Origin: an uncultured delta proteobacterium
GTDB lineage: Bacteria; Desulfobacterota; Desulfomonilia; Desulfomonilales; Desulfomonilaceae
DNA length: 64,000 bases
Direction of reading: 5' to 3'
Assembly (NCBI GenBank): GCA_963789265.1
Contig: CAWBKB010000001.1
Coordinates: forward strand, 96,001-160,000
Program-made: the position numbers and the translations under genes
Shown here: piece after piece, positions 22,364 to 31,972 of the stretch
Numbering within the stretch: position 1 is the first letter of the stretch
How the letters are laid out: the number at the start of each line of letters is the position of its first letter
Notes under the pieces: model-generated
The model's input: only the letters and a program-made list of their open reading frames with translations
What the model was told of the DNA's origin: nothing
Databases searched by the model: none

Positions 22364-24031
22364 ATGGACAAGATTAGGGAAAAACTGGCGTTTTGGGAGG
22401 AGTCCACATTGAAAAAAGCTGTGGACGGCTCCGGTGAAAAGAAAGAGATCTTCACTACAGACAGCGGGATCCCGGTCAAGAATTTGTATACGCCCCTGGA
22501 CTTGGAAGGTATGGACTACAACCAAGACTTAAGTTTTCCCGGAGACTATCCCTACACTCGAGGGGTCTATCCTTCGATGTATAGGGGCCGCCTCTGGACC
22601 ATGAGGCAATACGCGGGCTTTGGAACAGCCGAAGAAACGAACAAAAGATTCCGTTATCTTCTGAACCAAGGGTCCACGGGCTTGTCCATGGCTTTCGATC
22701 TGCCCACTCAACTCGGATATGACTCGACCGACCCCTTGGCAGAAGGCTCTGTAGGCCGGGTAGGCGTTGCCGTAGACACTCTGGCGGATATGGAAACGAT
22801 ATTTCAAGGCATTCCTTTGGATAAGGTGTCTACGTCGATGACCATAAACGCCACTGCTCCGATTCTTTTGGCCATGTACATTGCAGTTGGGGAAAAACAG
22901 GGTGTGTCGCGGAATCAGTTGATGGGAACTACCCAAAACGACATTCTCAAGGAATTCATTGCACGAGGAGCATACATCTTTCCGCCCGAGCCAAGTCTCA
23001 GATTGACGCTGGATATCATCGAGTATTGTTTTCAGCACGTTCCAAGGTGGAACACGCTCAATATCGCCGGGTATCACATCCGAGAAGCGGGTGCTAGTGC
23101 AGTTCAGGAGCTAGCTTTCACACTGGCCGATGCCATCACGTATATCGAAAAAGCGCAGGAGAGAGGGCTGGAGGTTGACGATTTTGCCCCGAGGCTCTCG
23201 TATAGCCTGGGCTGTTATCGAGATTTGTTTGAAGAGGTAGCGAAATTTAGGGCTGCCAGACGTCTATTTGCCAAAATCATGAAAGACCGCTTTGGAGCCA
23301 AAGACCCGAGGAGCTGCCTCTTCCGGACGTTCAGTGGCTCCTGCGGCTCCACGCTTGTCTCCCAACAGCCAATAAATAACATTGTCAGGGTTACCATGCA
23401 CGCCCTCATGTCGATTCTCGGCGGACATCAGGCTATTCACACTGCCTGTTGGGATGAGGGTTACGCAATCCCCAGCCAGGATTCCGCAACGATTGCACTG
23501 AGGACACAGCAGATACTTGCCTACGAATCCGGCTTGACTAGCACAATCGACCCGTTAGGGGGCTCCTACTACGTGGAAGCGCTGACCAACGAAATCGAAG
23601 AGAAAAGCCAGGAGTATCTGGACAAAATCGACAATATGGGTGGAATGCTCTCGGCCATCGAGGACGGTTACATTCAACGGGAGATCCAGGAATCCAGCGT
23701 TCGGTCTCAACAAGAGATCTATAGCGGTGAGAAAGTCTTTGTAGGGGTGAACAAGTTTAGGGACTCCGAAGAAGCGACGGAAGACCATGATTTCTTTGAA
23801 CTGGATTCCGGTGTGGAGGATCGGCAGAAAGCCAAACTCGTCCAGCTCAGGGCCGAACGGAGCACTGCGAAAGTGGGGGCTGCGCTTACGGCCCTCAATG
23901 AAGCCGTCGACCGCAAAGAAAACCTCATGCCTTTCATACTGGAAGCGGTCAGGAGCTATGCCACGGTAGGAGAGATTTGCGGGCTCATGCGGGAAGCCTG
24001 GGGCGAGTTTAAGGCCCCGATTTACATCTAA
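22364..24031 (+). CDS. B12-dependent acyl-CoA mutase large subunit (methylmalonyl-CoA-mutase family, divergent)
   Basis: PYTRGVY, WTMRQYAGFG, GLSMAFDLPT, QNDILKE, GYHIREAG, DPLGGSYYVE. Confidence 0.92.
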   Translation: MDKIREKLAFWEESTLKKAVDGSGEKKEIFTTDSGIPVKNLYTPLDLEGMDYNQDLSFPGDYPYTRGVYPSMYRGRLWTMRQYAGFGTAEETNKRFRYLLNQGSTGLSMAFDLPTQLGYDSTDPLAEGSVGRVGVAVDTLADMETIFQGIPLDKVSTSMTINATAPILLAMYIAVGEKQGVSRNQLMGTTQNDILKEFIARGAYIFPPEPSLRLTLDIIEYCFQHVPRWNTLNIAGYHIREAGASAVQELAFTLADAITYIEKAQERGLEVDDFAPRLSYSLGCYRDLFEEVAKFRAARRLFAKIMKDRFGAKDPRSCLFRTFSGSCGSTLVSQQPINNIVRVTMHALMSILGGHQAIHTACWDEGYAIPSQDSATIALRTQQILAYESGLTSTIDPLGGSYYVEALTNEIEEKSQEYLDKIDNMGGMLSAIEDGYIQREIQESSVRSQQEIYSGEKVFVGVNKFRDSEEATEDHDFFELDSGVEDRQKAKLVQLRAERSTAKVGAALTALNEAVDRKENLMPFILEAVRSYATVGEICGLMREAWGEFKAPIYI

Positions 24032-24059
24032 AGATTTGAGACGTCGAAAGGTCGCTCCT

Positions 24060-24449
24060 GTGGAACGAAAGATTCGAGTGTTGCTCGGTAAGGTCGGACT
24101 GGATTCTCATGACCGCGGTATCAAGATTGTGGCCCGTTTCCTACGCGATGCCGGCATGGAAGTCATATATGTCGGGCTACGGACCAAGGTGGAGGAGCTG
24201 GTCAATGCAGCAGTTCAAGAGGATGTCGATGTGGTAGGCCTGAGTTTCTTAGCCGGTGACCACATGGTTCTGGTGCCCAAGGTGCTAACCGGTTTGAAAG
24301 ACAAAGGGAAAAACGATGCTCTGGTCCTTGTGGGCGGCATCATCCCGAAAAAGCACATACCGGACCTGTTGGCGTTAGGAGTGACAAAGGTCTTCTTGTC
24401 GGGAAGGCCCCCGACGGAGATCGTTGAGTGCATACAGGAGCATGTTTGA
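24060..24449 (+). CDS. Cobalamin-binding small subunit of the mutase
   Basis: GLDSHDRG (DxHxxG), LRDAGMEVIY, VGGIIP. Confidence 0.92.
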   Translation: MERKIRVLLGKVGLDSHDRGIKIVARFLRDAGMEVIYVGLRTKVEELVNAAVQEDVDVVGLSFLAGDHMVLVPKVLTGLKDKGKNDALVLVGGIIPKKHIPDLLALGVTKVFLSGRPPTEIVECIQEHV

Positions 24450-24564
24450 TGCCGTACGCCCAGTCGCGGGGGCATGACTTTGTGGCCTCGCAAACCATCA
24501 CTCAGTCTCTGACCATCACAGTACTTTTACACAGTCCAGAATTGGAAAGGGAGGAAAAACAAGG

Positions 24565-25494
24565 ATGATCATCGACGTTCACAGACACTTGGTGGCGAAA
24601 GACACCGTGCAAGGGGCTTACATAAAAGGGGCTTCCTTGAGCTTCAGCATGATGTATCGCAAAGCACACAATCTCGATATCAGCCCCCGAGACTTTGTGG
24701 AGAAGGTAGTCCGGCCACTTCTTGACCCTCAGGGTGACAAGGTCATCGAAGAGATGGACGCTGCCGGCGTGGACATGACCGTGATTTTTCCGGTGGATTA
24801 CGGATTGATCTTCGGCGAGGCGCCCATGCACATATTCGATCAGAACAAATTGTATGCCGAGACGGCTAAGAGGCACGAAGGTCGCCTGATGGCCTTCATG
24901 GCAATCGATCCTCGCCGCAAAGGGGCCCTGAAGCACTGCGAACAGGCTTACCATGAATGGGGAATGAAAGGCTTCAAGCTTCACGCCGGAGTCGGCTACA
25001 TGCCAGACGATCCCGTCTGTTACTGGGTTTACGAAAAAGCGGCGCAATGGAACATACCGGTCATGTGCCACACAGGAGGCGCACCTTCGGTGGGCCTTCA
25101 CTGGGAGAATTCACGGCCGTCCTTTTTCGCAACGGCCGCTTCACGATTTCCTGAAGTAGATTTCATTTTTGCGCATGCCGGCGACCTGGCTTGGTGGCAT
25201 GAGGCCATGCAAGCCGCGGTTTGGCTTCCGAACGTCTATCTGGATCTGTCGCTGTGGCAGAAACCATTTAAGAAAATGCCGCCCGAAAAGTTCTATCAAT
25301 GGCTGCGCCACATGGTCGACATGACCGGGCCTGAGAAGCTTCTGTTTGCGACCGATGCACCTTATCCAAACCTTTTCTATCCTCTGAAGGACTGGGTGAA
25401 AGTCTTCAGCAGCCCCAACGGGGACGTCAAGTTTTCTGGAGAGGAAATGAAGCTGATCCTCGGTGAGGCGGCCCGCAAGGTCCTCAGGCTGTAG
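24565..25494 (+). CDS. Amidohydrolase_2 family protein
   Basis: IIDVHRH, KGFKLH, VMCHTG, FAHAG, LFATDAP. Confidence 0.85.
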   Translation: MIIDVHRHLVAKDTVQGAYIKGASLSFSMMYRKAHNLDISPRDFVEKVVRPLLDPQGDKVIEEMDAAGVDMTVIFPVDYGLIFGEAPMHIFDQNKLYAETAKRHEGRLMAFMAIDPRRKGALKHCEQAYHEWGMKGFKLHAGVGYMPDDPVCYWVYEKAAQWNIPVMCHTGGAPSVGLHWENSRPSFFATAASRFPEVDFIFAHAGDLAWWHEAMQAAVWLPNVYLDLSLWQKPFKKMPPEKFYQWLRHMVDMTGPEKLLFATDAPYPNLFYPLKDWVKVFSSPNGDVKFSGEEMKLILGEAARKVLRL

Positions 25495-25506
25495 AGAGGG
25501 ATTTTC

Positions 25507-26178
25507 ATGCCCGACATCATAGACGTCATCACGAGCAGAAAGAGTATTCGCCGGTACAAAGCCGACGCTGTGCCGGACGATATGATCGACAGGATCCTCG
25601 AGGCGGCCAGATGGGCACCGACAGGAGAGAACTATCAACCTTGGCGATTCATCGTGGTCCGGGACCCGGAGACGAAGAACAAAATAGGCGATTTGGCGAA
25701 GATTGGGAGCGGCTCCCGGATGACCGCTTGGTATTGTCAAGGCCACATGCAAAAGAGGTTCGAAAAGATTCAGGATCCTCAAAAAAGAGCCGAAGTCCTG
25801 CGGCTCATGTATTCGGGACAAGTCTCGGAGTTTGCCAAGCAGGCGCCCGTGGTGATCGCAGTGATCGGCAGCCTGATGGAAGGCTCGGTCGATGTGCCCT
25901 ACGACCTTTCGGCCGCCATTGAAAACATGCTTTTGGAGGCACACTCTTTAGGCTTGGGCGCCTGCTGGGTGCACGGCCCTGTGGCCACCACAAGAGACGC
26001 TAAGAAATTTAAAGAGATACTTGGGATTCCCACGGGAATGGGAGAATACAAGGTCATTGCCTACGTAGCGTTTGGCTGGCCGGCTGAACAGCGAAGACAT
26101 CCAAGGCCGAAAAAGGAACTACAGGATATCGTTTATTGGGAGAAGTTCGGCCGGAGAGAGAGGCCGCAGTATGGATAA
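25507..26178 (+). CDS. Nitroreductase family protein
   Basis: RKSIRRY, EAARWAPTGENYQPWRF, NMLLEAHSLGLGACW. Confidence 0.9.
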   Translation: MPDIIDVITSRKSIRRYKADAVPDDMIDRILEAARWAPTGENYQPWRFIVVRDPETKNKIGDLAKIGSGSRMTAWYCQGHMQKRFEKIQDPQKRAEVLRLMYSGQVSEFAKQAPVVIAVIGSLMEGSVDVPYDLSAAIENMLLEAHSLGLGACWVHGPVATTRDAKKFKEILGIPTGMGEYKVIAYVAFGWPAEQRRHPRPKKELQDIVYWEKFGRRERPQYG

Positions 26179-26652
26179 TACACAATACTATAATGAACTC
26201 CTTTACCGGCTGGAAAACTCTTCTACCACGAACTGTCGGATTGTGCCCCGTGGAAAACCGAATACATAGGCATTGACTTCATTCAGGCCAAGAATGTCAG
26301 CGGAACCACTGAGGATGACATCATCTCAGCTTGCATCACGGAAATCGTCGGTGCTGACCTGGTCAAAGTCATGTCCTACTCCATCGAGGGGCGCGGCATT
26401 CTCCTTAAACTGAAGATCCAAGGGTGCAGGCACCTGCCAAAAGAAACTATGCTGCGGAGAAGCGGCATCAAACCTTACAATTGTCCGATCACCAACATGA
26501 TTTTGGATCAACTCATAGAGAAGTTAAGTTACACCACCACGTATTTGGCTGACCTGAGCGTTGATGAGGAAAGCGGGGAATGCAGCATCAGGGCCGCAAT
26601 TTATGCAACTCCGGACCAAATAGGAGTAGTGTCTGACTGGTCGAAAGTATAA
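26171..26652 (+). CDS. Hypothetical protein, frameshift near 26220
   Basis: ATG overlaps the nitroreductase end; continues in the frame of ORF 26371-26652 (GCRH, NCPITNM). Confidence 0.55.
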
Positions 26653-26849
26653 CTCCTCTTAGCTGGGTCCATCTTCACCAAAGTATGTGCTGGACTTCGG
26701 CCTCTATCACCAACAATCAGGCGAGTGGAGCACAAATGGCAACACCACTCTGCCCGCCGACAGGGATGGACCGCGTGCCGCATGGCTGGGTAGGCTTTTT
26801 GAAGTGAACTAAATCCTGATCCCAAGAATCACAGAGAGGAGGATACAAC

Positions 26850-28517
26850 ATGGCCCTATTGGCGGGATGTCGGCCCTATGAAAAAGAAGATGCCGAGTTA
26901 TATGTTCGCCGTCGGTGGTGGCCGGGACTGACGTTCGGCGATCTCCTGGATAGAGCCGCGGACATATATCCGGAAAGATTGGCGGTGGTGGATGGTCAAA
27001 GGCGCCTCACCTACAGTGAATTGAGAGACACCGCCGATAGGCTGGCCATCGCGTTGCTGAACTTAGGGATAGAGCCTCTGGACCGGGTCCTGGTGCAACT
27101 GCCCAACTGGCATGAATTTGCCTTCATCTATTTCGCTCTGCAAAAGATCGGTGCGATTCCTGTCATATTGATAGATCGATATCGGCAATACGAAGCAAAC
27201 CATCTCTGTAAGGTCGTGCAGGCATCCGCATGGATAGCTCCCGAAGCTGTAGGCAAGGTCGATTATCGCTCCGTCATACATGATGTGTTGAAGAATAATC
27301 CGCAAACCAGGCACGTCATTATGGTTCGGGCCAGTGAGACCTGCTCTTATCACAGGCTGGAGGACTTAATAGCTCCGGTGGTCCGAACCAAGGAGAGCAT
27401 TCGGAGGTTGGACGCTCTCCGGCCGGATCCCGCCCAGGTAGCACACATGGGCCCCACCGGAGGCAGCACCGGCATCCCCAAGGTCGCTCCTCGCACGCAC
27501 AATGATCTCATCTGCAACACTAAGTACTGCGCCGCAGCGTGGGAACTGACTGTTCACGACCGAACCCTGCTGGCAAGCCCCATAGGGCACGACCTGACGT
27601 TTACAAAAGGCTTCTTGGGTGCCATGACTACGTACGGGCAAGCAGTCATGCTCGACTCAACGGACCCCGAGCGCATCTGTGCTACCATTGAGAATGAAAA
27701 AGTGACGGCGGTTGTCTGGGTGCCAACGCTGGCAGCACGGCTTCTCGATTATGACCGGTTGAAAGAGTATGACCTCAGTTCCTTGAAAAAGATGCACTGC
27801 GGCGGGGGAAAAAGCCAGCCCGAACTTATCAGAGGGGTGTGGGAGACATTGAACTGCATTTACTTTAATGCTTGCGGCTCCACTGAGGGACTGACTTGCA
27901 TTACTCGGCCCCATTACGATCTGGACCGAGTGTGCCGGACTGTGGGGCGACCGACCTGCCCGTATGATGTCTACAAAGTAGTCGATCTGGAGGGCAATGA
28001 AGTGGGGTCCAATGCCAAGGGCGAACTGCTCATCAAAGGCCCGGGGATTTTCACCGGTTACTACAACAATCCGGAAGAGAATGAGATCGCCTTCACGGCC
28101 GATGGTTTTTTCCGCACCGGTGATCGGGCCGTGATTGACGATAATGGAGACGTTACCCTCTCGGGCCGACTGAAGGATACTATCAAGAGAGGTGGGGAAA
28201 GCATTAGTGCGCCGGAGATAGAAACTTTGATCGGTGGGCACCCCGATGTAGTACTCGTAGCCGTTGTAGCAATGCCGGATACACAGATGGGCGAACGGGT
28301 GTGCGCTTATATTCAGCCTCGGACCGGAGCGAAACTGGATTTCACAACGGTCATCTCATACCTGCGGAGCTTGGGAGCCTCAGTCCTGCAGCTTCCCGAG
28401 AGAATCGAATTCGTCGACAAAATGCCTCTGACCCAGTCGGAAAAAGTGGATAAGCGTAGCTTGCGGGAGGATATCGAGAGGAAACTTTCCACGAACATAC
28501 CGCAAGGCGGCCGGTAA
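26850..28517 (+). CDS. AMP-binding ligase (2,3-dihydroxybenzoate-AMP/aryl-CoA ligase-like)
   Basis: TGGSTGIPK, GSTEG, GFFRTGD, GRLKDTIKRGGE, MGERVCA. Confidence 0.88.
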   Translation: MALLAGCRPYEKEDAELYVRRRWWPGLTFGDLLDRAADIYPERLAVVDGQRRLTYSELRDTADRLAIALLNLGIEPLDRVLVQLPNWHEFAFIYFALQKIGAIPVILIDRYRQYEANHLCKVVQASAWIAPEAVGKVDYRSVIHDVLKNNPQTRHVIMVRASETCSYHRLEDLIAPVVRTKESIRRLDALRPDPAQVAHMGPTGGSTGIPKVAPRTHNDLICNTKYCAAAWELTVHDRTLLASPIGHDLTFTKGFLGAMTTYGQAVMLDSTDPERICATIENEKVTAVVWVPTLAARLLDYDRLKEYDLSSLKKMHCGGGKSQPELIRGVWETLNCIYFNACGSTEGLTCITRPHYDLDRVCRTVGRPTCPYDVYKVVDLEGNEVGSNAKGELLIKGPGIFTGYYNNPEENEIAFTADGFFRTGDRAVIDDNGDVTLSGRLKDTIKRGGESISAPEIETLIGGHPDVVLVAVVAMPDTQMGERVCAYIQPRTGAKLDFTTVISYLRSLGASVLQLPERIEFVDKMPLTQSEKVDKRSLREDIERKLSTNIPQGGR

Positions 28518-28580
28518 GTGTGGCCAGGTGACCTCCAACATTGATCTCCGTTTTGCCGTTTAGAGGAGTATAGAACGACC

Positions 28581-28715
28581 ATGTTCTTGCAGTAACTGAT
28601 CAACGGCATCATGCTTGGAAGCACCTATTCAGTAGTGGCTATCGGCTACGCTCTTATCTTCCGGGCGCTCAGCGTCCTCCATTTTGCTCATGGTGAAGTC
28701 TTCATGCTCGGCGCC
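28581..28715 (+). pseudogene. 5' remnant of a LivH-like permease
   Basis: MFLQ*LINGIMLGSTYSVVAIGYALIFRALSVLHFAHGEVFMLGA: in-frame stop, then similarity ends. Confidence 0.7.
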
Positions 28716-28941
28716 ATCAACAAGTGGAGAGCGAAAGCGACCTGTTTGCAACGCGCGCCAAGTCCTTTGTGTTGCACAGTGTTGCCACCGACTGTGACGA
28801 ACCGTGGGAGCATGAAGACCGGAATGATATGCCCTGGAACGTTCCACGGGCAGGTGCGTGGGTTGTCCTTGTTTGGGCAGCCGCAGGCATCGAGCGACCC
28901 CGGCCTGGATCATTGGCCGTTACAAGGGAGAGCCAACCGTT

Positions 28942-30747
28942 ATGGCAGATAAGTTCGTCAGTCAGCGAAACATGGAGTTTATGGTTCATGAGGTTCTGAA
29001 TACCGAGGGCCTGACCCAATATTCGTACTTCGAGGACCACGGTCGCGAAGCCTTCGATCTGGTTTTGGACACTGCCGTGAAGATCGCCCAGGGGCTGCTC
29101 AGGCCGAGCCTTAAGATAATGGACCAGGATCCGCCGAAACTGGTTAACGGTCGAGTGAGAGTGCAGGCTATCGTGAGAGACTTCATGAAAGAATTCGGCG
29201 AAGGGGGATGGATATCCGCCACGGCGCCGTACGAGCTTGAAGGACAACAACTGCCCCAGGTCATGAAGGCTTCTTCTTCGTTTATCTTCGCCGCGGCCAA
29301 TTATTCAGCCAGCGTTTACCCGATGCTGACCACAGGCGCGGCCCATCTAATCGAATCCTTTGGCTCTGAAGAGTTGAAACGGACATATATTCCCAAAATG
29401 TTCTCAGGCGAGTGGCAGGGAACAATGGCCATGACGGAGCCCCAAGCAGGTAGTTCCCTTTCAGATATCATTACCCAGGCCGAACCCACCCCTGATGGCT
29501 ATTACAAAATTTGGGGTCAGAAGATATTCATTTCGGCTGGTGACCACGACGGTGTGGACAATGTTGTCAATCTTATGCTTGCCAAAATTAAAGGAGCTCC
29601 GCCAGGAGTCAAAGGTATCTCGTTGTTCGTAGTCCCCAGGCTGCGTCCCGACAAGAACGGCGGTTTGGAACCCAATGACGTTAACATAGCCGGGATTTTC
29701 CACAAATTGGGCTATCGCGGCTGTCCTATTACTCAGCTCAGTCTGGGCGAGAGCGGCGACTGTCGCGGTTGGTTGGTCGGAGTACCTCACCAGGGCCTGG
29801 CCTATATGTTTCAAATGATGAATGAAGCCCGCATAGAAGTAGGAATCGGCGCGGCGGGCATCGCTTCAGCCGCTTACTATGCTGCTCTTGAGTATGCCAA
29901 AGCAAGGCCTCAAGGCCGTAAGCCTGGGACCAAAAACCCGTCGTTGCCTCCCGTTCCCATCATTCAACATGCCGACGTCAAACGCATGCTGCTTTTTCAA
30001 AGGGCCGTAGTCGAGGGCTCTCTTGCCCTTCTCCTCCAATGTGCATTGTATTCCGATTACACAAAGGTCACTGAGGGGCAAGAGCGGGAGAAGTACGGTC
30101 AACTCTTGGATCTATTGACACCAATAGCCAAGACCTATCCGTCGGAAATGGGCATTCTCTCCTGTAGCCAGGGCCTCCAGGTCCTGGGGGGATACGGATA
30201 TTGCGATGAATTTCCCTTGGAACAATTCTATCGCGATTGCCGGATTCATCCTATTCACGAAGGGACCACGGGCATCCACGGTCTGGATCTTCTGGGTCGA
30301 AAAATAGTGATGAAGAACGGGCAGGCCTATCAGAGCTATTTAAGAGAAGTCCAGCAGACAATCCAATTGAGCAGGAGCAACCCGCTGATCGAGCCCTACG
30401 CCATCCGGCTTGACCAAACCATACTTAGACTCGAAGACGTCACACACCATCTCCTTGAAATCTCTAGAAACCATGGACCAGAACTCTTTTTAGCGGATTC
30501 GACTCTTTATCTGGAAGTTTTTGGGATCATTGCCGTCGCTTGGCAGTGGCTTGTCATGGGACTGGCAGCGTCCAAGGCATTAGATCAGGCGCCGTCCGAA
30601 GTGGAAGCCTCCTTCTATGAGGGAAAGCTTCAGACGATGAAATACTTTTTTCATTACGAACTTGTGAAATCACACGGGCTTTTTGAGCGGCTTTTGAATG
30701 GGGATGGCCTGACCGTAGAAACCAATGAAAACCATTTCATGGACTGA
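28942..30747 (+). CDS. Acyl-CoA dehydrogenase (long, ~600 aa type)
   Basis: GTMAMTEPQAGS, GQKIFISAGDHD, KGISLFVVP, MFQMMNEAR, GGYGY, IHEGTTGI. Confidence 0.92.
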   Translation: MADKFVSQRNMEFMVHEVLNTEGLTQYSYFEDHGREAFDLVLDTAVKIAQGLLRPSLKIMDQDPPKLVNGRVRVQAIVRDFMKEFGEGGWISATAPYELEGQQLPQVMKASSSFIFAAANYSASVYPMLTTGAAHLIESFGSEELKRTYIPKMFSGEWQGTMAMTEPQAGSSLSDIITQAEPTPDGYYKIWGQKIFISAGDHDGVDNVVNLMLAKIKGAPPGVKGISLFVVPRLRPDKNGGLEPNDVNIAGIFHKLGYRGCPITQLSLGESGDCRGWLVGVPHQGLAYMFQMMNEARIEVGIGAAGIASAAYYAALEYAKARPQGRKPGTKNPSLPPVPIIQHADVKRMLLFQRAVVEGSLALLLQCALYSDYTKVTEGQEREKYGQLLDLLTPIAKTYPSEMGILSCSQGLQVLGGYGYCDEFPLEQFYRDCRIHPIHEGTTGIHGLDLLGRKIVMKNGQAYQSYLREVQQTIQLSRSNPLIEPYAIRLDQTILRLEDVTHHLLEISRNHGPELFLADSTLYLEVFGIIAVAWQWLVMGLAASKALDQAPSEVEASFYEGKLQTMKYFFHYELVKSHGLFERLLNGDGLTVETNENHFMD

Positions 30748-30774
30748 GACTCACCTTCCTTTGACGGAGGCTTC

Positions 30775-31546
30775 ATGTTTACATCCAAATTCGATCTGAC
30801 TGGAAAAGTCGCCTTAGTCACTGGCGGAAACGGCGGCATCGGCCTGGGCATGGCTAGCGCTCTGGCCGAGTCGGGCGCGGACGTCTGCATCTGGGGTCGC
30901 AGCGAGACCAAGAATCACACGGCAGAAAACGTATTGAAAGCATATGGCCGACGAACACTTGCCTTGAAGTGCGACATCACCGACGAATGCCAGGTTAAAG
31001 AGTGCTTCGCCAGGACGACGGATGTCTTGGGAGGAGTCGACGCGTGTTTCGCCAATGCAGGCTTGCATAGAATGTCCACGCCTTTCCATGAGATGGATGC
31101 TGAGGAATGGAGACTCATATTTCGGACCAATATGGACGGCACATTCTTTACTCTTCGGGCCGCGGTACGACACATGTTGGAACGAGGGAAGGGCGGCTCG
31201 CTTGTGGCAACCAGCAGCCTCTCGGGGATTTCCGCTATGCCTAGAGGTGAACATTACGCAGCAACCAAGGCCGGCGTAATTGCCATGATACGTTCCGTGG
31301 CAGTGGAGTATGCCCGATACGGGATACGAGCGAACGCCATCTTACCCGGATGGGTCGAATCGGAGATGACCGGAGATTTGCTGGCCTGGGACAAGTTTCA
31401 GGCCGCGGGTACTTCCTAGGGTGCCCATGCGCCGTTGGGGAACACCGGAAGATTACGGGGCGATAGCCGTGTACTTCGCCAGCGATGCGAGCACGTACCA
31501 CACTGGCGACATCGTGGTCATCGACGGGGGGTACCACTGCTTTTGA
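30775..31546 (+). CDS. SDR oxidoreductase, frameshift near 31410
   Basis: TGGNGGIG, NAG, YAATK; alternate frame gives PRVPMRRWG..YHTGDIVVIDGGY. Confidence 0.85.
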
Positions 31547-31722
31547 CATTCCTCAGGCGGTCATTTGAGAGAAGAGGGCTGCCTTGTGAGCTCCGTATTG
31601 GGCGTATCCAGGTTCTTTCTGTGCTTGGGTGACATCTATGTGATCCGAAGCGCAACGCACTTTCCGGGTTGCCAACCTTGGTTCGATCAACTTTTCTTTC
31701 AGGTTCACAGGAGGAAAGGGAT

Positions 31723-31842
31723 ATGCTCCTGCCAAAATTTGACTATCACGAACCCTCGACTCTTGAGGAAGCCTTGCACCTTCTCTCGGAGTTCGGAGGC
31801 AATGCCAAGGTACTGGCGGGCGGGACTGACCTTCTCGTCAAG
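31723..31842 (+). pseudogene. 5' fragment of a xanthine-dehydrogenase-family FAD subunit, truncated at a palindrome
   Basis: MLLPKFDYHEPSTLEEAL...AKVLAGGTDLLVK with AGGAGG RBS; similarity stops at the inverted repeat. Confidence 0.75.
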
Positions 31843-31898
31843 CTCATCTTCGACAGTGCCCCAAAATGGAGCACTGTCGAAGATGAGTGTGACGAGAA
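31832..31898. repeat. 67-bp near-perfect palindrome
   Basis: ttctcgtca-ag-ctcatcttcgacagtgcccca / aaa / tggagcactgtcgaagatgag-tg-tgacgagaa; one arm recurs at 44070-44094. Confidence 0.9.
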
Positions 31899-31972
31899 CG
31901 CCTGTCAATCGTTCAATGGTCCAAACGCAATTTTTCATTTTCTCTGTGTAACAAGACTGCAGGGAGGACACC

